Below are positions 37,800 through 64,000 of a DNA stretch of 64,000 nucleotides, piece after piece (position 1 is the first letter of the stretch; each line of letters starts with the position of its first letter). The DNA is from Lingula anatina (taxonomy: Eukaryota > Animalia > Brachiopoda): positions 4,960,001 through 5,024,000 of the forward strand of contig CM120641.1 of NCBI GenBank assembly GCA_051362555.1, in the 5' to 3' direction. Both the position numbers and the translations under genes were made by a program. The notes under the pieces are model-generated. The model worked only from the letters and a program-made list of their open reading frames with translations, was not told the DNA's origin and made no database searches.

Positions 37800-38369
37800 A
37801 CATATCCCAGATTTGTTTTTATTTACAATTATACAAGTTTCTGCAAAGATCCCATTACCACATTCAAAGTTACTGATATAGTATTTGTTTGTAAAACATT
37901 TTGCATCCCATTCTCAAAATGTGATGATCATTTTCTTTGTTTCAAGAAAATAACAAATTACAATTATATTATACAAAGACTTCACATTTTACCATCACGA
38001 TCTTTTAAATTGTTAATCTGCTTTTCACATCTAGAATAAGATTATTTTAACTGTACAGTTAGTTGCAAGATAAATTCTACAGCAGCCTGACCTAATTAGC
38101 AACAAAGAAGCACCTGTATAAAAGCTGATGTGACTAAATTTTGATGACAACTTTTCAACTAATGGTTGACAACTAGACAAAGTTTAGTGAGCACATTATG
38201 TACAGCATGATCAACATCAGGATGATATCCCTATTTACATTCATACTATTTACATTTCAAAACTCATAAAAAGAGTTTATTACATGTAGACTACTGAATA
38301 GTTAGATAGAATTTCTTCCAGAGTACATTACAATTTGTACAATTTAAACATACAGAGGCTTTTCAGTAT

Positions 38370-41300
38370 TTAGGATGCATTCAATCCTCTGATTGCATCA
38401 GCAGCATCTATTATTAGCTGAGAGTCATCACTCACAACCTGCTCATTAGCAGCTACACTTGGGTCATAATACGGTTGTGCTTCTGTTGCAACACCTTGTG
38501 CTTGTGTGGTAGACAAATTAGGCTCTGCAAGATACTGGGCCAGCTCTCCACTATTCATCTGCATCAGGCTTCTGAGATTCCCCGAATCTAACTTGAAATC
38601 TGAATCCAATCTCATCTCAGAGCTGTTCAACTTGAAGTCACTGCTGCTCAGCTGCATTGGTTCAAACCCCGTTTTCATCTGACCCCCACTTTGCTGCCCC
38701 CCTCCAGTGGACATAAGGTCCACAGGGGCACCTGCTGCGGCAGTGGACATGTGGGCAGGTGGGTAATGGATGGCATTGAGGTCTTGGACTGTATTTTGGG
38801 CCACAGTGACACTGCCCATCGCAGTGTTGCTGTAGTTGAAGGTGGCAGTGTTGGCCTGTGCTGGTAGACCAGGCTGCTGGTACATGCAGGACTGAGGTGG
38901 GGGAGCTGAAATGCCAATGAACAAAGCTCTGTGTCAAATATAGCTACAAATCTGTACCGATCAATGTTTTTTAAATGAAAAAGAGTGCTGTTTCTGCTCC
39001 TGAGTTATTACTCATTTGTTAAAGGGATAATAACTCTTCGTAAGAGATCTATATTTCACAATAAAAACATTGCGAATAACTTATAGAAATATAATATATT
39101 CTGTTTTACCACAAAAACGGCAGTTATATCTATTATTATGATATCTGAGCTTGTCTTTAGACCACGTGACCTCCATTGATGGCTATACTCTTAAGAGATT
39201 TTAACAAAAAAAAACCCAAAGTTTTTAGAAAAAAAACCAGGGACTAACTTTGAATGTAAAAATGGATTCATTAACCATTGGTAAGTATGGGAAAATTGTT
39301 GTTTACTCCAGGAAAATTCATTTTTTGGCCGAAACGAAGAGTTATTATCCCTTTAATGTGTTTGAATCAAACAGAAAAGAAAAGAAGGGCATTTAGTATT
39401 ACATAACTTTTTGTTCAAACAAATAATTCTACGAACACAGTAAAAATCTCACCTTCTAATGTCAAATGACCATTTAACCATTCGCAAATTTAACCAAATT
39501 CTCATATTCATAACAGCATGTTTTACTTTTTTCAAATAAAAACATACCTTCACTCTTGAACTGCTGCTGTGGCTGATTTCTGGTGGCTTTCTTTCTCAGC
39601 CTGTCGTTGATAATCTGCCTCTGAGTAAGTGGGTTCTGTGCAGGATCTGGTGGGCCTGAAGATATTTATTTTTATCAGTTTCATTGGCAATTCAAGTCAA
39701 TGTCAGGGATATAACCCTCCAAAATGTGTGCATTATTTAAAAAGATTAATATAGTTCTAATGTTACAGTAAGCAAGATCAATCTAAGGTAATCGAGTACC
39801 ACATGTCAAAAAGAAAAAAAAAGTCATTACCTTAAACATTAATACACAACATTCAGAAATCCCCATTAATGTGCTAGTATAATTTAAATGAATAAAAATT
39901 ATGGTAAATACTTATTTTTGAATAAACAGGTACATTTAGCAAATTCTTAAAAGAGAAAATTCTTAGTCTATATACAGTAGACAGTTGTGTCAATTTCTAA
40001 GACCTACCTGAGTACACAACTGGTGCTTGCCCACTGATATCCATCCCAGTCATGTTAAGTACCTTCCTCTTGCGCTTACGGTCAATAAATGCAAGGTCTG
40101 CAAAATGAATAAGTAAAGAAGTAAATAAAAAGATGACTTCAATCGGAAAATATACAATTAAAATGATCCCAAGAGAAAGATATCATACTGCTTTCTGATG
40201 TTCTTCATTTCATAAATTCACCAACATATATTACTCTTCTCATGAATAGATAATACTAATGAGTAGGTATCTAAAGTTTTCCGAACTGTACATTTGAAAC
40301 AATTATACATTAAATAGATCTCTTTCAAGCAAACCCCTATCCTACCAGTGTCATCTGGCATGAACTGGAATGGTTTTGGGTCACTGACTTCTCCGTCCGA
40401 GGGTCTCCTTAGTTGAAGAAAGCAACTCACAGGTGTCCCAATTTGTGTGTCACGAAAAGCAGGAGTCTTGAAGACGATGGCCACCTAGAGTGCGAAAACA
40501 TTAGGTATAGGTATAATACCACACTGGCAAAGACAATGTAACTTAACTATAACGTTGGAACAATACACAATGAATGCATGTACTTTCAAGCTAAAAGGTA
40601 AATCAACTGAGATGTTACCTGTCTATGCACATCACTCTGCCCAAAGTCCCCAAATCCTTCCCACTCCAGATCCCCATTATCCGACTCCTTATAAAAGCGC
40701 ACTTGGATGTCCTCTATAAAAGAAACAATTTCTTTAGTGATATATGGTAAGGCGTAAATTTCTAAGTTTGTATCAAATGCCAATATCAGTAGATGATTTC
40801 AATTTATGCTATTATGAAATTGAGAAATATATTCACTAGTATCCACAAAAAATGTCTGTGTATGGAAAACAGTCTATGCAAAATGTTTTCACAAGTATAC
40901 ATGTAAATCTGAGCAACTGTTCTTTCTAGTGGCTTACCATTTATCCCACTGAACATTAAAGATACGTAATAGGTATTTAAAAAACCTCACCCTTTTGAAC
41001 CTTATCACAGAGCAAAAACACCTCATCATTTCCTCGGACATTGCCAGCATGCCTGCTAAGACGACAGATAACCAGGTCATTCAAGGCTTCTGTAATAGAG
41101 AAATAATAACTTGAAAATTGACAATAACACTGATATAAATTTGCATTAAGACTTCTAGTTACAAACTAGCACTTTTCAAACTTAGGCCATAAATTCAACA
41201 GTTTAGACAGTGCATTTAGACTTATGAATTATATAGCTTGGTTTATCTAGTTAATTTACAAGGGTAAAGAGAAGCAAATATCATGGAAGGCTTACAATAT

Positions 41301-43576
41301 TAGAGAGTTTCCGGTGCAGTTGGGATACGACGGCTAGATTGTTACGTATATGCAAATGTATCTAGTAACGCCCTACTCTCTTCACGTTCCGGTAAAGTCC
41401 CGGAATGCTGGCGCTTCCCGCCATAGGTGGCGCTTATTCCAATATAATAACAATATACGGCCCCATAGCCATCTATTTCCAAGGGGGGGGATTTTTTTTT
41501 TTTATGAAAAAGGAGACAAATATTACCCAAAAGTGCAATTTTTCCCCGACAAAAATGGCGGTTAGTAAGAACCCCACGATCAACCCCCGACTACGTGCCT
41601 GATAAACCAAAACAAGCGACTCCTCTCTCTTAAAAAGTCGAAATTTGCATGAACGTACACTTGAACTATTGTAAAGAAGTAGATAAGGCATATAAATTAG
41701 CAAACATAACCTTTAATAACTATTTCCAATAATCTTCCGCACTGGCTAGGTAGGAGCGCTTGTATTCTGCAGACTAGATAGAACGACGGTATATGAACGC
41801 GGTAAACGTCACAAGTGCGCACAAACCAATGACGTATTAATCTAGCCGGCGTATCTCACTGGCAACAGAAACTCTCTATTATAAAATCTTTATTTGGATA
41901 TCACTATACAGTGTATATAAACAAAAACATACAAATAATAAACATAATTCACAAAACTTACTTTTGTCAAAGATGGGCTGGGACACAACTGGTGGGACAA
42001 TTTTGGTAAACTTTCCATTTTCATCAGGTAGAAACACTTGGAAACAAAGTTTTACAACGGTCAGGTCAATGCTGCTGGATTTCATGTGCTTAAACCCCGC
42101 TGAAATGTATATATGAAATAACATCATGAGGTATGGATTTTACTATAAAACAATGTCAAATTTTTGCTGTATACCAACTATAAGTCCCAAATGTTTTCCC
42201 AAGGAATCTATAAATCAGTTATTCTATTTGGGTACCTTATAACAAGGAAAACCTAAAGAAATGATTACATGCTCTGCTTACTTTGGAATGGGTCAACTCG
42301 GATCTGTTCCCTCTGCTTTAAAGCTTCTGAGACATCTTTCTTCTTGGCACACTGAATTCCAAGGTTTGGAAATCTGAAGTGAAATTAACAGAAACGAAGG
42401 TGAGAGACTTCATGAAATCAGTTTGTGAATGATCACGCAACATGAAATAGCACCACCAAGGTAATGATGCATGCCATATCTTTTTTTTTTTTTTTTCAAT
42501 TTCCTATATATGTAAAAAAAAAAAGGTTAAAAAAAAAACAAATAAATAAATGAGAAAGAAACAGAAATCAAAAATAAAAAGGACAAGGAAAAAATTCCCA
42601 TAAGTAATAAACTTACTGTATAGGTTGTCCTGTGGATCGGATCTTAACAGTGCACACTCCCTTTGTGCAGTCTTTGCCCACCAAGGCATGGGGATGAGGT
42701 TTTGGAGGGCTACATTTGTCCACAACACTGACCACAATCACTGCTGGACCTTTATAATTGTTTATCTGGAAGACACAAAATAAAATATAATTTTCAATTC
42801 AATGCTAATTTTGGAAATCAACATTTTCTAGAGAGATGTGGCAAAGAAGTTACGCCACTGAATGAAATGTACAAGGCATTCATGAGCTCAGTCCACTCTG
42901 CTTACTTGTTACTTAACCAGCCATGAAAGTCACAAGCAGATATTTACCTTAATTGCTGGGAAGGTCCTTTGTTCGTTTGTGCTGTTTTCTCCTGGGATGC
43001 TACCAGCAGATCTTCCTTCACATTCATAGCGGAATCTCATTCCTCTCTGTCGAGGCTGCTCAACAATTTGAACCCAGACATCTCTCACTTCTTTTGGCAT
43101 GTTAGCAGCAGCATCAGTTGTTGGTTGGGGTCTATACAGTGACTGCTGGGAGCTGTCATCTTCGTTTCTCAATATGGCATCTAAAAATGTAATCCAGTCA
43201 TTTAAACTTTAAACTAATAAATTATAAGAGTTTCAATAACCAATTAGAATACTAATAATGATCTACAAAAGCATCATAAAAAATGTATTTCTTAGAAGTA
43301 TTTCAAACAAAAATACTAATGTAATTTATAAACTAAACTAACTTGAGAACTATTTTCACTTTTCCTACGAGTGTATCAAGTCAAAAAGAGAAATAAAATG
43401 ACAGGACCTACAATATGACCAGCAAATTTCACAATTTAGCCAGACATTTTCTTTTACATTTTGCCACAATTGTTTTACTTACCAACATCTGACATGGTAA
43501 AAGTGGGTTCATTTTGTGCTGTCATCATGTCAACATTTGCTTGCTGCATCAGGTCAGTAAAGTCTGCACTGTTCAT
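38370..43576 (-). CDS. REL: Rel/NF-kB class II transcription factor (Dorsal/c-Rel/p65-like; no ankyrin repeats); exons 43576-43483, 43180-42948, 42765-42617, 42373-42282, 42099-41962, 41089-40991, 40713-40619, 40484-40346, 40097-40008, 39655-39548, 38905-38370
   Basis: [27 protein letters not shown]; [11 protein letters not shown]; VKLCFQVFL; FLLCDKVQK; [13 protein letters not shown]; NLS RKRKRK; Q/S-rich C-terminal transactivation region. Confidence 0.96.
39023..39352. mobile_element. Kolobok/piggyBac-type MITE with TTAA TSD in the last Rel intron
   Basis: Perfect 19-bp TIR AGGGATAATAACTCTTCGT / ACGAAGAGTTATTATCCCT, flanked by TTAA on both sides. Confidence 0.85.
41301..41878. mobile_element. 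MITE in a Rel intron, with a nested CAGG-type MITE (~41457-41621)
   Basis: Long imperfect TIRs TAGAGAGTTTCCGGTGCAGTTGGGATACGACGGCTAGATT / AATCTAGCCGGCGTATCTCACTGGCAACAGAAACTCTCTA. The nested ACGGCCCCATAGCC...GACTACGTGCCTG resembles 63246-63414. Confidence 0.75.
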
Positions 43577-44643
43577 CTTTCAATGTTCTGTAAGTAAAAA
43601 TTAGTTATTAGATTATTTAAATTCAATGAGCAACATATTGACAGTGTTCTAAAACAAATGTTATACATAATTATTTAGAACTGGAAGAAATGCTGCAGAG
43701 ATTGTGGCCGTTAAACTTATTTCAGCATTGTGTCATTCCCCTTGCTGTATTTACTAGTACACAAACACAGAAATGTTTTCTACAGTATGATCTCACTATG
43801 GAACATAAATATTAGATCTATACCATGAATAACTAGCTTTATATTGACAGCTAAAACTTGGATGCTTATGCAGAAGGCTGGTGTTTCTGCTTTTTAACTG
43901 GTTTTTAAATGTTCTGTGAAATGACCTCAGTTCTCATTATACTTGACAAAGTAAATGGTCATTTGTGAAATAAAATATCAACCTAGTTTATACAAAAGGC
44001 AAAGATGGTGATCAAACTTGCCACTTTACTAAATTTTGAAAAACGAAAATTTTGCCACCTAAACTTGAAAGTTTATGGGGCAAAATGCACAGGTACTAAT
44101 TAATCATTTTGAGCGAAAAATGATCTAGAATGAACACTTTTAGCTACGCTAATCAAACTATATTCAAACTGTATTAATTTCATATGGACATATGCGACAC
44201 CTAGCCAACATCACATAAAACATAAATCATTCAAATAATCTCGGGTTAAGAGTTTAAGTATATATAAAAAAAAACAGTGAGCAAAACGTTTAACTAAAAT
44301 AAAGTAACTTAAGCACGGATGATGCGTGTATCTCTGTCAGTATCACTGCATGCCCCTACATGCAAGGCACTAACAATATGTCGTAAGTACACATATAGCA
44401 TGTAACTTGTTCAGCAAAAAACTGAGGAAATGTGTGTATACAAAAATGAAACCGACATAATCAAGTTTTGCGCCACATTTCAAAACTTGGTTTCGTGGCG
44501 CCAAGTATAACCCTCAACAGTATTATCATAACTAACGTAAGATATGGTTTTAAAAAGATTTCGTACGATTCTGCAAAAAATGCTGACGCTTGTCACATGG
44601 CAGAACAAAAAACTTCGCAGCTTTTGAGGCACTTCCTACTTAC

Positions 44644-45039
44644 GTTTTCCAAATACCACAAGTCAGCTAGTACTACGCACGATGGTTGTCAATGTCAACT
44701 ATGTATCTTGGATATGAAATTATAACTTTAAACCAGCATGCAAAAAGCGATAGGTTCATCCACTCACTGTGTATATATGAATGGTTTACGGTGGAAATTT
44801 GTAGTATATTTCAAGAGATCGAAAAATTCCCTGATATCACTCTTCTAAAAATAAGCATGGGAAAAGCCCAAGGTGAAACTAATTTACTCGTTCTCATTGG
44901 ATAAAATAAGTCACATGGGCAATACGGAAGCGAAACCTGTGCACAAGTTTGGTGAGGTCATCGAAACCGTGTGAGTACCTGCTAACAACAGAAATGAGGT
45001 CCACTTCCCTTTTCCACGAATAATAATAATAATGATTAA
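44644..45039. promoter_or_regulatory. Bidirectional promoter between the Rel non-coding exon 1 (- strand donor at 44643) and the TEX55-like gene, with kB-like sites
   Basis: Minus-strand donor GTAAGTAGG at 44643; kB-like GAAAAATTCCC (44821-44831) and GGGAAAAGCCC (44859-44869); reverse CCAAT box (ATTGG) near 44896. Confidence 0.55.
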
Positions 45040-45886
45040 ATGATAATAATGGATACAAACACAGAAGTAAGCGCCAGTTTTGAATCAGAGATTAAACAAA
45101 CTCGTGAACTGACAGAAAGAGAAAAACTTGAGATCGTGAAGCGTGAACTGGTTGCGGCTCTTCAAGACACGAATGACTCACACGACGAAGTTAAATCAGA
45201 TCTTGGTGCTGTAGCAGAAGACAGAAGTGATCATCCAACGTCAGGGGACATAATTCATGAGGTTACTGCACAAGGAGGTGCACAAAAAGAGGAAAAGGTT
45301 GCATATGTGCCACCACTCCAAGATCCATTTCGGAAAGCCGTTCGATATTTAGAAGAGCATAATATCCTGCAGTTGTTTCAGGTAAAGTCATTAGTTGTGG
45401 TTGCTATGGAAGCCAAGCCATAGCATAGCAACTGTTTAATTTCCCCATGAAAAGACAAAATTTACATCATGTTACTTGATTTGAAAAGAGGCGTTTCTTT
45501 TTATACATGCATGAATTATTCTGAGCGAATGAGCAAAACATTAATGGTTGTGTGAAGTTAATATATTTTACTTCTAAGATTACCTTTTTAGAGTAAAAAA
45601 TGTTGAAATTATCATTAAATTAAGGCAGTCAGATTCAAAGTTTATCAAGCAAAGGGATAAAACATTGCTTCATTTATAGTAAATTCATTTACAGTTTAAA
45701 AATACCACTTCATACCCATTTTAGGGAATAACATCTGGAATAATATATCAACGCCCAGGAGATCCCATAAAATATATGGCAGATGAAATAGGAAAACTGC
45801 AGGAAGCTGAAAAAGTAATTCAGGAAACTAACAATGATCAATCAGATGTACAAGATGGACAAGACATTGCACAAAAAAGTAGCTGA
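45040..45886 (+). CDS. TEX55: TEX55 (C3orf30)-like protein with RIIa/Dpy-30-type dimerization-docking domain, ~167 aa, exons 45040-45381 and 45725-45886
   Basis: Spliced product DPFRKAVRYLEEHNILQLFQ|GITSGIIYQRPGDPIKYM fits the D/D motif (YL..H.I..LF...L...RP.DP..Y/F). Confidence 0.7.
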
Positions 45887-46969
45887 TGATTTTTTATGAT
45901 GCTTTGCATTATTAGGAAATAGCATTTAGATTACCGATACAATAACGATCTACAACCACACAACCCATGAAAACCTATGGAAAATGTTAGAAAAACTTGA
46001 AAATCAGAGAGAATGCAAGCAATGAAGAATCAGATAAACCACACATTACTCAAAAGGTGTTTGGTAACCCATCAGAAGATAAGGATTTCTTTTCCACAAA
46101 TAATCTGTGATTGAATTCAACAATATAACTCTTTACCATGTGAATTCTTAGAAATGAAATTATTAATGTCATATGTTTATGGTTTTTCAAATTTTGTGTA
46201 CAAAACATCTCTTCTGGTTTGGAAAATGTAACTGGTATTATTCAAGCTTACCTATATACCAGTTATAAGTTTATTTAATTTTAAACCAGATGCATGGTAT
46301 AATGACTTATTTTGCCAGGCTGGTTTTTAAGGGACTGTTTTATACATCACTAGTGTACACATAGCTGATACACACCGTTGTACATTTGGTTTTATTTATT
46401 TTTTTATTAATCTAAAGCATGTACATATTACATAACAGTATAGAAAATAAAGATCTGATACAATGATATATGAAAGATTTTTCCTAAACAGATTTCTTAT
46501 GTATAACATGTATACAAATAACAGCCAAGGTCAACTACATCATATTTACGAATTGTGAATGTAATACACCAATAAATTTGTTAACAACACATATAAATAA
46601 AAAATACTTAAAACATTTAATTGACATTAACATGTATCTACTTTCATAAAAGTTTTTCTGCAGGTGATATTGTGCTGTGCTTCCACGTCATAGGGAAGAC
46701 TGGAATGCTAAAATTTAAGTTAAATCATGCTTTTTATCATTAAAATGAAATTTTGACACCTTCATGTACAGTCAAGTACAGAATAGGACAGATGCACAGA
46801 ACACAAATATCTTAAATTTATATTTCTTACAAGTACAGCTTGGTATCACATTTAAAAATGGCAACACCCATTTTTGACAGTCGCTTGTTATTTTTTCAAT
46901 TAGGTTTTAAAACAAAATGCCCTGAGGATGGTCTTCTGGTGCTGTCTCCACCTTTCTTTCTTCCTGACT

Positions 46970-63712
<16,743 letters not shown>

Positions 63713-64000
63713 TTATGATAACAACATGACCGTGAGAATAACTTGACCCCATCTTTTAATTCAGAGAACTGATTCAAACACTCAAATCAGACTAATTAAT
63801 GTACTTGTAGGGTTGCACAATACAGTTAAGTCATGACATAGGATCATCAACGTTTTTCATGTCAGTTTACATCAAGGTTTGAAATACATTAAATTCTAAA
63901 GGTAAATATGATAAAATATAAGTATTCTTAAATTTGATGGGGGGGGGGGGTAGACCAGCGACTAACTAATCTTATAATTGGTATTATAGCAGCTGTACCC

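Overview
AT-rich, intron-rich animal genomic DNA. The gene set and the TGACCTTTGACC/Helentron-type repeats suggest a lophotrochozoan such as a mollusc (inference). There are no prokaryotic features. Genes reconstructed by hand from splice sites, in order: EPHX1-like microsomal epoxide hydrolase (+), an ICME-like alpha/beta hydrolase (+), a small orphan two-exon ORF (+), a C1orf198-like gene (-), PUS10 (+, with one U12 intron), a Rel/NF-kB class II gene (-), a TEX55-like D/D-domain gene (+) and an EML5/6-like gene (-) that runs off the right edge. Introns and intergenic spaces carry MITEs, Helentron-like (HINE) elements with satellite arrays, a Mutator-like foldback element and a LINE remnant. 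The most notable observations are: a ~900 bp duplicated promoter/first-exon block bracketing EPHX1; a REL-PUS10 tail-to-tail pair next to EML6, matching human 2p16, with a palindromic shared poly(A) signal; a decayed duplicate exon in EML6; a 20-bp palindromic micro-transposon with target-site duplication; and an orphan gene split by a possible +1 frameshift. I found no single novel multi-gene system that the sequence alone can support.
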